A stretch of 64,000 bases of DNA from Podarcis filfolensis (GCA_964270895.1 OZ185453.1); one strand, 5' to 3'. Shown: positions 36,656 to 50,882, numbered from the stretch's first letter. The notes: generated from the letters alone by a model not told the origin. Numbers and translations are program-made.

Positions 36656-38204
36656 CTGTAAACCACAACAGATTTCATTTCAATAAACAAATAAACAAGG
36701 CAACACACACAAAATGCTTAGCAGCTCCTAGGCAGGATTCAAATTTTCCTCTTTTGCAACCTGAAAACAAAGAAACATAGATAGGACACAACTGAGTTGT
36801 TTGTTTCTTTAAAAAAAGAAGCTTAGATTACGGTGGCTGAAAATCCAAAAATAGTGTGCCAGAGTTGCCTCATTCAAGCTCTATCCTCCAGTGACCCCGA
36901 AACCCAAAATATATTTTGCCATATAAATTGATCTATTTGCATCAGGAACTGCCATCTTGTAGTAAAAACCTCACAGTTACACAGCATATTCGGCCAAGCT
37001 GCACACAAAACTGAAACAGAGCAGCATAACATGAAAATGTGGAATTTCTTTCTCTCACATGCAGGCATTTAAAATAGTTTTCTTTCTTTAAAGTGAGGAA
37101 AGAGATACTGGGGTCTTGCTCTGTGGCCCACATCCAGCTGATAAACTTCCATCTAGCACAGGAGTAGGGAACTGTAGCTGGTCAGCAGGCCAGATCCTTG
37201 CCTCCCCCTTCACCCTGCCAGAGAACAGATGAGAGGTGGGTGGGGCACTCCTTGCAAAGAGCCCTGCACGGTGCTTTGAAATGCCACTGATTACTGGGGC
37301 TTCAAAGAGCTGAGCAGGACTCTTTGCAAGGAGCAAGGGGCTTTCAAAGTGTCCTGCTCATGTCTTTGCAAGGCCCTTTAAGAATCGGTCCCATGGGGAA
37401 TTCAGTAGTGCAGCCAAGCCCAAAAAACTTTTCTGCTGCAATCAACTGGCTACAGAATTTTGCACAGGGAGATCAGTGGTGGTCTATCCCAGCTCTCTTG
37501 CTCTCAGCAAGATTCCCCTGCCAAGGTACAATCAGAAGTGTATTTTACGGCTCCCCACTATGCACTGGAAGCTGTGCCCCCTCCACCTTTCAACAAATTA
37601 CATAATAATGGCAGGTCTGAGACAGGTGGGTATGGTTTGGAGAAGGTTGCAGGAGAAATCAGGACTGCGCTGGACCTAATTAGGCCTGTAGTCTGAAAGT
37701 TGCCCAGCCTAATTTAACAAATGGGAGGGAATACAAGTGAATTTCTGATCAACTTTAATTTCTTCAGTTTAGAAAGTGAAATTGTGCTAGTTCTCAATGC
37801 AACATTCATAGTAAGCTTTCAGTGAACATTTCAATTGCTTTCGTTGTCAAAATTATGTGCCACTATGTGCCACTGTGGAAGTTTTCATGATCTGTGATCT
37901 AAAACAAATGAAAGGAAAAAAAAACCATTGTGTTCCCTATTTCATAAGTCCCTTGTGCAGAGGACTTTAGGTGGTGGGATATCAGATGGTTCAAAGGTGG
38001 ATCATCCCACCCACCTGTCAAAGCTGGTGAATGGGAGGTGAGGACAGATAGGGATCTGGCTTGCCAGGCCAAAAACATTCCCCACTCATGACCTAATGTG
38101 AAGTTATTAAAATATAACTGAACAAGTTAATATAGTTGGACTGAATTCATTATCTTCCAATACATGGTGGCTGCTGGGACTTTGCACCACCATGCAATTC
38201 TCAC

Positions 38205-38368
38205 CTGAAAGTTTCCTCTTGGAGTTGCTCTAACTGTGTCTGTAGCTGCAGATGTCTACGGCCTGCTGGGCTGTTGGGATCTTCTATGGAATCAGACTGA
38301 TTTAGGCGTTCCATCAAGACCTGGTTCTCTGCTAGCAAACTACTCTTCTCTTCTTGCAGTGTAGCAAC
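38205..38368 (-). CDS. HOOK3: HOOK3 exon 9
   Basis: 164 nt VATLQEEKSSLLAENQVLMERLNQSDSIEDPNSPAGRRHLQLQTQLEQLQEETF(R). Confidence 0.96.
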
Positions 38369-39310
38369 CTATTACCAAAACACAACAACAGACAAATGTA
38401 CAGCTAAAAGCAAATGATGGTGCCACTAGTAAGTCTTAAAAACTAACGTAGAGGTGCAGGGTCAAACTACATATTTAACAATAAAATCAGGTGGAAATCG
38501 TTTCAGGGTACATGTGTGTAATTCTCATAGCATACACCAAAGATAACTCTATGCCCACTTAGCAACTCAAACAGGGGTTGAAACAGTTCAACTATGGGAC
38601 AACCAATTGAGTACGAAGGAAGAAAAATAATAATAGTGCCTTACAAAGGCAGGAAGAGGATAGATAAATTCTTTTATCAATAAGGAAAGTAAATGCAACT
38701 TCAAATACAAGTGAACCAACAATATATATGGTTGTATCCAATGTTAGTCATACTCTGAGTAGATGCACTGAAAATAATGAACATAACTAGCATAGGTCCA
38801 TTGTTTTAAGTGTGTCTACTCTGAACAAAACTTAGTTGGCTAAAATATATTCACTGGTATGGACTGTAAGCTACTAGTAATGGGTGGACAGATGGGAACA
38901 CCACAGACATGGTTCAGATCACATATTCCCTCCTCCCCAACTTCTTCTTTTGCAACAGAGAATGATTTGCTGCAATACCTAAACTGAGCAGACTGGTTTG
39001 CTATGAAAGGAGAAGTCAGGGAGAGCACAAGGGAAGTGGGATGTGAGCACACAAGCTTGAGTCTGCTTCATGTAAAGCCAACAATAATAATTTTATTATT
39101 TATATGCCACCCATTTGACAGGGTTGCCCCAGTCACTCCATGTCAAATCATAGTTGACAATGCTCAAATCAAGACACACAATCATGAAATGCACTTTAAA
39201 TATACAATTATATCTGTAATATGTTATACAAAAATATTTTATTTCCTACAGGTTGAGATTTATAATGCCGAAAATCTTATTTTACATTTACTGTGCAATA
39301 GTCTGCTTAC

Positions 39311-39394
39311 CTGCATATCAAGTTCATGGCATCTCTGGGAAATTTCTTCTTTGGTTGCTAAGGCTTCATTTAGTTCTTCTGTTGTTTTCTTCAA
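39311..39394 (-). CDS. HOOK3: HOOK3 exon 8
   Basis: 84 nt LKKTTEELNEALATKEEISQRCHELDMQ. Confidence 0.96.
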
Positions 39395-40039
39395 CTGTAT
39401 TTTTTAAAACACAATATATTTCCATTTGCTAAAAAGATTACGATGCAATAATTTTCTAAGGCTGTGATCCAAAGAAGTCATTCATGTACAGTAAAAGAAA
39501 CTAGGCATGCAAGGCACAGCTTAGTTTTATTTTTTAATCATTTCTCTGCAAAATCTCCCACAGAAAGGCAAAAAACTGACAAAGCCTTGCTTCTTTTGGG
39601 CTATGAGATGCTGCAGAGAAATGTCTGAAAGCACCAGACGTATACACAAACGATTTTTTGGAATTACAATGCACCACTGTAACAACTTGCATAGTTACAG
39701 CATCTTAAAAGGGCAACTACTATCATGGTTAGACCACTAATTATATGTAAACAAGAAATAGAAGTATTTTACATATTCACACTGAGCCCTACAATCTGTA
39801 CATTAAGAACGCTACAGAAAAACATTACCACGCAAAGTTAATAAAGCTTTTAAAAAACCACTTTTCTTTATAGTTGCATGAAATGAATATTGTTTGCTTT
39901 AACTTTTTTTCACACAACACAAAAGACTGGGAAACAAAACACAAGGAATAGACATTAAAGGTAAAACCTGCATAGACCCCTATCCTTACTAGGAGATATT
40001 CTATCCTTACTAGGAGAGACAGTGTGCTGGGTTATTTAG

Positions 40040-40214
40040 GAACATACCAAGCCACTTTACATCAGGTCACACAACTTGTCTATCTAGTCCAAAACTGTAT
40101 CAGGCAGAGGCCTTTCTTTTTACCTGATACTCGATCCTCTTTAAAGTAGAATCATCCCAGATTGAATCTGGGACATTCTGCCAGCGAAGGATGTGCTCTA
40201 CTAACTGAGCTACC
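40040..40214 (-). mobile_element. Old tRNA-Ala-like SINE copy
   Basis: ggtagctcagttagtagagcacatccttcgc...gtcccagattcaatc head; degenerate ctagatagac tail. Confidence 0.55.
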
Positions 40215-40475
40215 AATTCCTTCTAAAATTGTTGCAGCGTTCACCCATATTCTATAAATAAAATGGCTCACATCCAGGTTTCTACACATAATGCTTATAT
40301 ACAATTAGATTCAGATTTGTTGTGTGCTGCTAACTTTGATTTTTTTTAAAAGATACAAATTCAAAAAAGCAAAACAAAAAACCCCCAAGCTGTACCCATT
40401 TACAATATGCCAAGAAAATTGCATACTGAGTTCCACTAATAAAAAGAAAGAAAGAAAACATCTGGCATTAGGTAC

Positions 40476-40538
40476 CTGACGGTCAAGATCAACGTAAGCA
40501 TCATTTCCAGCAGAGACTGGAGATTCTTTACTCATCAA
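40476..40538 (-). CDS. HOOK3: HOOK3 exon 7
   Basis: 63 nt LMSKESPVSAGNDAYVDLDRQ. Confidence 0.96.
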
Positions 40539-42461
40539 CTGCAATTAGATTACACTGGATTAGAAAAAGCAAAAGATTTATTTTTATTCGTTTAATAAAC
40601 AGGGCAGTCTAAAATGTTCAGAAACTTTGGAGTTTGTAGATATATACCCAAAAAAGAAAGCCAGAAGCAAGCAATCAGGAAAATAACTTACTTTTACTAG
40701 TTGATTTCACAAGAATAAATACGCTTTTGCATCATTGCTTGGAGAGCGGGTTTGGGTATGGGGAAGAGACCTTTTTGTTAGGCTGTGTCTATGTGTCTAA
40801 GGCTGTCACATTCCTTGTTACTTTATAGTCCCTTGCTATTCCAAAGTTATCTTTGTTCTGTACATTTACCAGACAGAACACTTCTCACTCCTAGAACGGA
40901 ATGGGCAAGGAGTTTTTTTTTGTTCTATTATCAACACCGAGATTTCCTAACTGGGCCTGCAACTGTATGCCCTTATTCACGTTCTTAGTTTTATGCTGTG
41001 TCGTGATCAAAAGCAGAGATTATCTTGAGGCGTGATCATAAATCAGACCATATCCAAGGTTGTGGAAGAGCCAGGTTGTCAGCTTCTGCTAGCAGGTGCA
41101 GCTGGACAACTCAGTATGTGAATGGGTATGTGTAAAAGCGCCCACACACAAAAATGACCAGCTCCAATGGTAAAGGATAAAGGGGAAACGGAAGGCTAGG
41201 ATGCTTGGATGTCTTTCCCCCCTTTGATCTTGCAAAATGAGCACCTGGGCCACAGCTCATACAGTGCCAGTTCATGGGATATAATGAACATTAGGACCGG
41301 GTTGTATGAAAAACTGCAGAAGCAAACAGAACCTTAGTGTTTATGATCAGGACAGGTCTGTAACAGATGAAAATGTATATAAGACATTGTTATTGTTGGA
41401 GATCATGTGCATTTTAAACTAAGCTGAGGTCACCACGTGAATGAAGTGTGCCAATGGCAGAAAATTCACTTCTCTGAGCAGTATTGTAGTTTTAATATTA
41501 ATATTAATTGTGTGCCATGAAGGGGAAGAACCACAATACACCATCTTGGAATAAAAACAGGACACAACTTAATTGACTATAGATGTGAGATGTCAGGCAT
41601 TGGGTACTTCCTAAACCAGCCAGCCCACCTGCTGGCTGCTCAACGGGGGTCGCTCCTGAGTAAAGGATAGCCCCTATGACAAACATCAAATAGGGGCAAC
41701 TTATCAAGAACACCACCTTTTGAGTGTGCCATGGCCCTCAGCCCCTATCTAGATGTTCGAACAAAAGCACCTCCCCAAGGTTCAGGATACTCTGTTACCA
41801 TAGAGGGTGAAGGAAAAGACTTATAACCCCATCAACAGACCAAGGATCCTACCCAATGCCTTACAAATGGCATGAAAGTTCACTTCTTTGAGGAGTAGTA
41901 TATTCAGTAGTTTATTTTTAATATAAATATTATACTTTACTATATACAGTACCATCAAGGATATTACTTGGCATTTTGTGCAATATTCAAATAAGTGGCT
42001 GAATTACACCTAGATTTCTAGTCTAGACACTTACAAATTTTGTCTGAGGGACTCACGCATGATCCATTGTTAGTTTGCCATTTGTTGCTTGTCATTTATT
42101 GAAGCAATCTAAAAAATGTGATGCCTGATGAGTTTCAGGTATGGTATAAAGCTTTCCATCACAGCAATGGTCTCTGCTTTTCCTGCTCAATGTACTTTCA
42201 AGTGTGTGTTTTAATAATAATAATAATTCTTCTTCAGTAGTTTTCAGAATTGTGTCTGCCTTCTTTCTTTACCTTAAGGCTTTCCCTAGATTTCCTGGAT
42301 CCCAGAAAGTTCCAAACATTTTAAATTCTGGGGTCTAGAGGAATGAGCATCTTAAAGAACAATTTAAAAACACAATGTTGGAAAGTAAGCATACTGTTCT
42401 ACACCAGAATGGTTTTAGTACCTTCCCTGTTGACTGCAGAAGAACCTCAAGTGCTATAAAG

Positions 42462-42589
42462 AAGAGATGGGGAACCTGTGACCCTCCAGACATTGTTGGA
42501 CAAAAGCCATCAGCCCTAGACAGCATAGCCAATAGGGATTATGGGCAACACAGTCCAACATCTAGAGAATCACAGATTCCCCACTCCTG
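42462..42589. mobile_element. Short palindromic hAT MITE
   Basis: 8-bp TSD ctataaag at 42454-42461 and 42590-42597; degenerate TIRs gatggggaacctgtg / cacagattccccact. Confidence 0.8.
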
Positions 42590-44604
42590 CTATAAAGGGT
42601 CCAACACTGAAAGTGCAGTGCACTGACTTTCCCTCACCTGTTATGCATGTGCTTGTTATCAACATTGCACTCATGCTGGACAAAAGCCAGAGCCAGTAAA
42701 AGTAGTTACTGTATAATTAGTGAATGCTCTCTTCAGGGCCAAGGTGACTTAGCTTCATAGTACCTAGACTGCTTCCATGCTGTTTTCTTTACAATTGCCA
42801 TCCTTTGCAAGAGACTTAGTGCTACAATGAATCCCACCGTTCTTCTTTGCAATTTTCCTCTTTTATACTATTCCATGCTCTGGGCTTGGAGATTAATGAT
42901 GAAAACCCTCTTGAAATTACTCCAATGATGGTTTTTTTCCTTGTGAAAAGGTAGAAGGTTTTAATTACTGATTTGATTTATATTCTTGTTTTACTGTTTC
43001 CTCTCACAATTTATTATATTTTTAGGGGCAAAACAGTACGAAGAAAAATGTTAGGAAATCAATAAATAAAGCCACACAAACCCTGACAGGGGAAACTGAC
43101 ACTGGAGCAATTGAGAGAGACTATTCAAGGTGCAAATCAAAGTCTACTCATAACTAATTCCCAGATGCGATCAAGAGGAAGTGAAAAACAAAGGCTGAAA
43201 CTTGCAAACAGGAAACTTTTCAACTGGCATTTGAAAGGACCTTTGTTGAATGGAGCCTGCAAGCAGACATTTCAGAAGGATAGGGAAGGGCACTGCTGGA
43301 ATATACAGTGGAATATTAATTTTTATGTCAAACCTTTGCTGAAATTCTACTTCCAGCTAATTGCAGAAAAGCAGTGCACTAGAGTAGAGCCCTTTTCTGC
43401 AAGTGTGGAAGCACTCCTAGAGTCCGTCTTTTGTCTCCAGGAGTCACAGGGCAGCTTACTAAGCTGTTCATTTTCTCTAAGAATGTCGGATGATGTTTTA
43501 GTAGGAATGTAGCTGTTTCATATGGATTAATTTGCTTTAAGGCTGGTAAGACATTCAATAAAATTACCTGCCTCGCCCAGAAAAACCTGCTCAGTGTTGA
43601 CCAACCAGCTATGAATCCTGTTTCATGCCATATACAGAGCTACCAATACGCAGCAGTGGTTGAAAAAATAACTCCACTTAAATTCATAAATCGAATGATC
43701 TTTCAGAAGCAGCAGGGTTCAAAGAAAACATTGCCTAACACACCGCCCTATGAAGTATCCAAATCAACATTTACATCATTCTCAATTGCACCACTTGCAA
43801 CATTAAAACAGAAAGCTGAAATGACTTCCCTTCACTTCCCTTCAATTAGAGCATATCAGTTTCTAGCATTCCTTAAGCTGCTAAACTGAAATCTGGGACA
43901 CAATCCAACCTACATCAAAACACTTTTCATCCCTATTAATTTAAACAATTTTTTAAACATGCTCTCTTAAATTAAGGGGACTTAAAAGTGCTTAACTTTG
44001 GTTCAAGTGGATCATTGGTTTTCTAATTTATTCCAATACTACTTAATTCACCTTTATGCTAGCATACTGCAAATAGTGCTATCAAATCCAATTACAATTA
44101 ACCTGAAAACTAGTCATCCAGTTTTAAAAACAATGTTCAAATAACATTTAATGATTACCGCAGCATAATCCTATGCATACCTACTCAGAAGAAAGTCCCA
44201 TAGAATTCAGTGGGATTTACTTCCAGGTATGTGTGCACTGAATTACAGACTCAGTGAGCCTAGTTACCCTTACTGGAAATGAAGTTCAATCGCCAAATCT
44301 TCTACTGCAAACTAAACTAGTAGTTCTAAATTGTTGTGGGAACCACAGGGAAGGAAAGACAAGAAGGGAACCTAGTATTGGTATCCAGAAGGTTATATCT
44401 TCTAGATTTAAAGAAAAGTGGAATAGTTTATTAAATATTCAATATACATTAGAAATTTTATTTTGCTATCAGAGGGTGACAATATTTCTCATTTTTACAT
44501 ACCATGCCCTTTTCTGTTAAATTACTTCGTTCTGCTAAACTGAAAGAAGCAGTTATAAGAAACTGCTGTCTCAGCCTTCCATTTACCATCATCCAACTCC
44601 TTAC

Positions 44605-44672
44605 CTCCTGAATGGCTGTCATGACAACATGTTGAACAGACTCCTCCATCATCATGATGGTCTGGATATACT
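44605..44672 (-). CDS. HOOK3: HOOK3 exon 6
   Basis: 68 nt (E)YIQTIMMMEESVQHVVMTAIQE. Confidence 0.96.
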
Positions 44673-45143
44673 CTGTAAGAGAGAAATTTGAGCACGTAAT
44701 CATCCATACTTACAACAATCAAAAGGATAAATAGCTCTGTGCTTTTGCAGTATTCAAAGCTTCCATCTATCATATTGTAAAGATAAGTTTTTTGTTTATA
44801 AACATAAATGAGGCAGGAGAATGGTTTTCAATGCTTGCTGAAAACCTTGCTGCTTAGGCAAGCCTACTCAAACATGAAGTTTTATTATGCATTTTTTTAT
44901 AAAAAAAAAACACAACCTGTTGATTTTATCTATATTTTGATCATTTTATTATGTCTACATATGTTTGAAGTCTGTTAATTTTATTGATATTTTCTAACAG
45001 GTATTTTATGTTACTTTATGTAAACCACTTAAAAGGGTTTTTGTTTTTATTAGATAATGTATAAATATTGTTAAACAAAACAAGAAAAGTTGTTTGTGTG
45101 TCCACTTTGAATGATGCACCCTTCCCACCAAAGTTTAACTGAC

Positions 45144-45276
45144 CTTGTTTTTGTTCACAGTTTACAGCACAGCCCAAAATAAGTTGAAGCATCCTTCCAA
45201 GCTCAGCAACTTCCGAATGCTCCCCAATCAAGTTGACATCAGGAAGGATAAAATCATTGATCTGTTGCCCCAAAAT
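45144..45276 (-). CDS. HOOK3: HOOK3 exon 5
   Basis: 133 nt ILGQQINDFILPDVNLIGEHSEVAELGRMLQLILGCAVNCEQKQ. Confidence 0.96.
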
Positions 45277-45844
45277 CTGTGAAAATACAAAGATGCAGAC
45301 ATGGTGAACAGTATAGGGAGAGGGCACATCTCTTGAACTTGGCAAGCCTCCATATCTCAAGGACACCAGAGCTTCAGATGCAGGTCTGAGCCAAAAAGGT
45401 ACTAACCAACAGTACAGAAGGGGTTTATCTATAGTGGAGAAAAACTGAAGGCAGGAACAAGAAAACCCTTCCCTTGCCTGCTAATTTCATTCAGCAACCC
45501 ATTCTGCCAAGATGCTGGGGAAAATTTAATTTTAGTCATGCTGTGGTATATGACCCATGACGTGGGCGGCTCATTTGGTCTAGACGCACATGCACATTGA
45601 ACCAACTAGTCCACTCTTTCCGTGAGAACAGTCTTCTCTTATTTAAACAGCACAGTATCTCTTCTAAGCTACAGCTGACTTTTAACAAGTCTCTTGAGCC
45701 ACCAACGTTCAAACACTTTGCTCCATAAATATTTGTTGTTGTTGTTGTTGTTGTTTACATTTACTGGTTGCTTTTTTGTCATGGCAACTCAAAGCAACCT
45801 ACATGGGTAATTATTATTATTTGTCCAAAATAGTGGCATACTTA

Positions 45845-46440
45845 CCGTATTTTTCGCCCCATAGGATGCACTTTTTCCCCTCCAAAAATGAAGGGGAAAT
45901 GTGTGTGTGTCCTATGGGCGAATGCAGGCTTTCGCTGAAGCCTGGAGAGCGAGAGGCATCGGTGCGCACCGACCCCTCTCGCTCTCCAGGCTTCAGGAAG
46001 CTATCCGCAAGCCTTGCAAGCCTGTAGCAGCCTGCAGCCCGAAGCACGGGGCGCCCTCCGGAGGGCTCCCCGTGCTTCGGGCGGGTGTCCGCAAGCCTCG
46101 CGCGCCCGCGGGAACTCCCTACGGGCTTGCAAGGCTTGCGGATAGCTTCCTGAAGCCTGGAGAGCGAGAGGGGTCAGTGCGCACCGATGCCTCTCGCTCT
46201 CCAGGCTTCAGCGAAAGCCTGCATTCGCCCCATAGGCTCACAAGGCTTGCGGGCAGCAGCCTGCAGCCCGAATCACGGAGCGCCCTCCGGAGGGCTCCCC
46301 GTGCTTCGGGCAGGTGTGCGCAAGGCTTGGGGCGGCAGCCGCAGCTGGGGGGGAGGGAATATATATATATTTTTTTATTCCCCCCCCCAAAAGGAGGTGC
46401 GTCCTATGGGCCGGTGCGCCCTATAGGACGAAAAATACGG
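45845..46440. mobile_element. Young GC-rich Tc1/mariner-superfamily (Tc2/pogo-like) MITE with nested internal inverted repeats
   Basis: ta|CCGTATTTTTCG...CGAAAAATACGG|ta; TA TSD; CpG retained; about 112-bp internal inverted repeat. Confidence 0.88.
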
Positions 46441-47023
46441 TAAATGTTCTTAAATTTATTTGTTGTAGATTGTTTCTCTTTGTGAAAATAGAAAGCAGAA
46501 AGAAATTTTCTGAAGTGAGAGGCTCTCCTAGAATTGCATTAAGGACTTTTTTTTTATTAATACTACAAAGCTGTCTACAAAATCAATTAATGCCAAACAC
46601 TTAATGTTCCCTATCTTTCCAAAATAAATTTGAATTTTGCTACTGATGGGAAGGCATAGCTATTGCTGAGATAATAAAGCTTAGCCTTTGTGGTTTTATC
46701 GACAGATTTCCTAAAGTATCTATTTTAATTGCTCTAAGAAAAAGAGGAAGCACTCATCAGCTTAATAGGAGGTACTTAAACAATGGACAGCATACGGGGG
46801 GGAGTGAGTGTGTGCAATTCCTTTTCTGTAAATTACAAATTTAGGGAAAGATTGCCTAAAATATTTATAAAGGATCAGTTTTCTGAATTAAAGAGCTATA
46901 CTTTTATCTTTAGTAATCCTTATTTACCTGTTACACAAACAGAATAATGAAAATGAAGCACAACAAGTTGAAAGGAGAATGAAGTGCAAAAATCAGTTTG
47001 TATAAGCAAACAAAAGACCTTAC

Positions 47024-47074
47024 CTCATGATTGTAATCCAAAATTCCTTTTAAAATTTTCTTCAGATTGCTCAC
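47024..47074 (-). CDS. HOOK3: HOOK3 exon 4
   Basis: 51 nt VSNLKKILKGILDYNHE. Confidence 0.96.
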
Positions 47075-48130
47075 CTTTTAAAAAAAGGAAGAAAAAAATT
47101 GCATACTAAGAAACTGTGAGAGTAGGCCACACCGAAGCACAATCTTACGTTGCTGTCTACAAGAATTAATCTTTCTAGCCAAAAGCCATTTCTGCCTAAA
47201 ACAGCCAATCGTTAAGATTTTTTTCGGCCTAAAGCAGCCAATCATCAAATCAAGATTTTGCAATTAATTTTATTTCTCATTTATAGATTTTCTCTGCCCA
47301 TATTCAAAGGGACGGGAAAGCAAATAGATATAGCAACTACCTACACCAAAGAGTTTGGGGGCTCAGCCTTATACCCCCATGGTGCTTCGCAAATATAATG
47401 ATTTCTTTTTGGGCCACACTGGGAACACTGTGCACACAGCAGGGTTTCTGAGCCCTTTCTTGGCAGTATCTGCTTGTCCAAATTGGCAGAGTTTCAAAAG
47501 CAGCATCAACGCAACAGGAGTTGGGGGTTGGGAGGACAGAAACAAGTTCTTACACACAACAGAGCCATTAGACAGGCTTGAAACAAGTATGTTCATTCTT
47601 CTACCCCACTTCTGAAACTCTTTGGACCGTGCGGTCCTTTTAAGTTGATAGCAAGATGTCAAAATGCCATTAAATTTTAAAAGCTGGATGGCATTTTGAC
47701 ATCTTGTTTTCAGGTTATCAAGACCACAAGCTCCCAAATAATTTAGATTTCCTCATTAGGCAATAAAAATCAATACTTAGGCTTGCTCTCGTTCTCAAAT
47801 TCTTTAAATGGGCAATGCCAAAAATTATACCCTAGGCAAGAATCAGGACCCACGAGAATGGATTCAATACCATGTGCCAGTACTATAATAAAATGCTTGA
47901 AATGATTGTGCAAATCAGCATAATACTTGAAGTGAAAAACTTTATTGGGCAGATAAATTATAGCGTAAACAGAAGAAGTTAAGATTCATTACCAAACTTT
48001 TTGAATTAGACAGAATTTAAGGAGCGCAGTTCAATGGGAAGAAATAATTAACTGAGAAAATTATATAAACTGATTATCAGAAATGTATATCTGGATCATG
48101 CACAATGCTTGCTTTGTCAGATGATAGATA

Positions 48131-48276
48131 ATAGAATCACAGAATTGTAGAGTTGGAAGGGGCCATGATTGTCATCTAGTCCAACCTCCTGCAATACAGG
48201 AATCTGTTGCCCAATGTGGGGCTCAAACCCACGACTCTGAGATTAAGAGTCTCATGCTCTACCGACGGAGCTATCC
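48131..48276 (-). mobile_element. tRNA-Lys(CTT)-headed SINE with CR1-like tail
   Basis: ggatagctccgtcggtagagcatgagactcttaatctcagagtcgtgggtttgagccccacattgggc + ggttggactagatgac...ccttccaactctacaattctgtgattctat. Confidence 0.85.
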
Positions 48277-49919
48277 TTCTTTAAAAGGAGCTATGCTTCT
48301 TTAAAAAAAAACACCTCAATTATCTAGACAAGTTATTTCTAAATGGAACACAAGGGGTTGGGGAGTAAATGGTACCAACATAGGATACAGTCTTGAGTGC
48401 CAGAAGATCATAACAGAATTCCACCCAAGAAGAGCAAAGTATTTAATGTCCCTGATGGTGCACAAAGCAGTCATTGGGGCAGTTTATCTTTTACTCTTCT
48501 GTTGGCATGCTATTGGTTGCTCCATATTACCATCAACCATATCTTATTTTTGAAATACTGAAGTATCATTTCAAATAGTTGCAGGCAGAACATTTTGGCT
48601 GTACTGAAACATCTTAGTTTTTGTTCTCTGCCATTTCCCCCAAAGGGAAAGCCACCCAACCATTCCTTGCAAGCAACTGTGTACATAAGAAATAATGCAG
48701 CTTGGGTTTCAATGCTGCTGCCTAAGCCTGCAGTGTGAATTCCGAGACAGATTTAGACAACCTGGGGTGACCCACTGACAATACTGCTTCCATGATTCTA
48801 CTGTGTATCCTACTGTTAAGAAATATGGAAGGCTGTAAGACCCCCGGCTGAATGCAAATCTTTGATATGTCTTCCTGAGAACACTGGCCACATATGGAGC
48901 GGCTGCTAATGCATGGAGAAGTGTTCAAGTTGCCTCAACCCTGAAATCATTGCAGATATTTTGGCTATGGGTCTCAACGGCTCTTGTTTTCAAATATCTT
49001 TCAGGAATCAAAATGCAGCAGCAGCACCTTAACTGTTTAGAAAATTTATTCATGTGTTGAAAATTCCATACAATTCTCTTGAACTTTCCTGTGAAATTTC
49101 CCATCTTCTACCTCCTCAGATATGTAAGAGGGGCAAGTTTTTAATCTTCGGTATACATAAGGAATGCATGCATCTATGTGTACTAGAACATTTTCATTTG
49201 GGAACAGATGGGTAGAAAAAAGTATTTCCACCATCAATGCAATTGTTTCTCAACTTTTTACATTCATAAGTCTTACAAGGACAAAGCCATTTGTGCAAGT
49301 AAATAAGAACTGTCAAGGATTCTGTTTTTCTCATCCATGAATCACCACAAGGCCAGATTATACTCAATCAAATTTAAAAAGGTAATTCGTAATATTTCAT
49401 TTCCCCCTGACAACAGTACCACCAAGAAGCAAAGATTTCAGCAAAAGCTCTTGAGACTTGAAAATCAACAAATGTGGAATAATGAGAGTAAGGTGTAGCA
49501 GTTCCTCCCCTCTGATTTTTACTAGCCAAGAGGAATCTGGGATTCAAGGCAAAAGCTCCCATTTTACCTCCAGATCAGCAGGTTAGACTGAAAAAGACTC
49601 CAATGGAAAGAATTTTAAGCCTTTGCCTTCTGCAAACATGAACTGCAAACATAAAGAGGATTAATTCAGTCTTTTGGCCTGTAGTGTAGACTCCTCATCA
49701 GCAACTGGTATGATGAATATGGCACGTGGAAGAAGGAGTGGAGAGCAGTGGGACAGGCCACCCCACCAAGCAAGTCATGAAACCACAACCTCCACTTCCT
49801 CCATGCATGTTCCTGCCTCCAGGCTGGCAATTTGGGGCCAGCTGTACATTTTGGGGTAGTAAGAGAAGAGAGTTTTGGCTGTTGAACTGACTGGGAGCCG
49901 TGACCACAGTGCTATCAAA

Positions 49920-50170
49920 TTTAACATATATGTAAGTGGACAATTGTCAAGAAAGTTCACACAATCACATTTTATTTCCAAAATGGAAACTTCCTGAAAA
50001 TGAAGGATTGGTAAAAAGGAAGCTGAAAAGAAAAGTCAAGAGGGTCAAATCTCTCCAGAATCCTTGGGGGTTATTCAAAACCACAATTACAAAAACTTCG
50101 CTAGAATGTATACTATAAGGAAAGGTACCCCAGGGCCAATATGATGCCAGCATGGTTGATGAGCAAAGTC
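49920..50170 (+). mobile_element. Degenerate CR1 ORF2 fragment (endonuclease-RT linker)
   Basis: GLVKRKLKRKVKRVKSLQNPWGLFKTTITKTSLECI resembles squamate CR1 ORF2 as recalled; frameshifted. Confidence 0.6.
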
Positions 50171-50809
50171 AATAAAGCTATTAGGCATGAAAGTCTCTGA
50201 TTTCATGCAAACATTGAAAGTTCAGAGGCATATGGCATACAGGGATATTAGCTGAGGGTCTCTTAGTTTCCATGTGGTCCAACAGAACTCCCTTTACCGT
50301 GCTACTTTCCTCTCAACTCATGATCTCCCAAAAGAATTCAGAATTTTTGTTCCATTAACACTTCACTTCTGAATCAGCATAGAGTAGGTAGGGGTACACT
50401 GGGATTAAAAAAACCCCACACCTATACATAAGAAGAAAGATTTCGGTATTATGGATGATATTGAACAAATTTTTACTCAAAGCGGGCCTACTGAAATTAA
50501 TGGACCTAGCCCAATCCTTTTCATTAATTTCAAGGGGTTTACACTGCATAAAACGTCTCTGAATACTACCCTATATATTTATTTTGGCTTGATCTCATGT
50601 CAGTTGGGTGCAGAGGGTCCCATTGTGCAAGCAGAAGTCCTTCAGCAAGGCTTTTGCTGACGGGACCCGTTAGGTAAAATCAGTATTATTCCATAACCTA
50701 CTCTGAAACTCTGGAAAAGGCAACATAAAATTCATAAAATGCACACACACGTATAACTGCAATACTTTGTATACTGAAAGTTAAAATCAGAGTTAAACTA
50801 TGAAAATAC

Positions 50810-50882
50810 CTTCAGTCTCCAGTTGTCCCCTACTTCAGTTTTGATTCTGTTTAACCAGTTTTCATCAAAGTACGTTGGATCA
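50810..50882 (-). CDS. HOOK3: HOOK3 exon 3
   Basis: 73 nt DPTYFDENWLNRIKTEVGDNWRLK. Confidence 0.96.

Noticed and set aside
37160-37711. Possible degenerate hAT element
   Set aside because: Ends only loosely TIR-like and no TSD could be confirmed
45901-46604. Several 76-180 aa ORFs
   Set aside because: By-products of the GC-rich repetitive MITE; no transposase motifs
48205-48276. tRNA-Lys(CTT) gene (and likewise tRNA-like heads at 28430-28503, 52111-52180, 62965-63037)
   Set aside because: Acceptor stem incomplete, B-box mutated (GTTTGA), no oligo-T terminator, fused to a CR1-like tail: SINE heads, not tRNA genes
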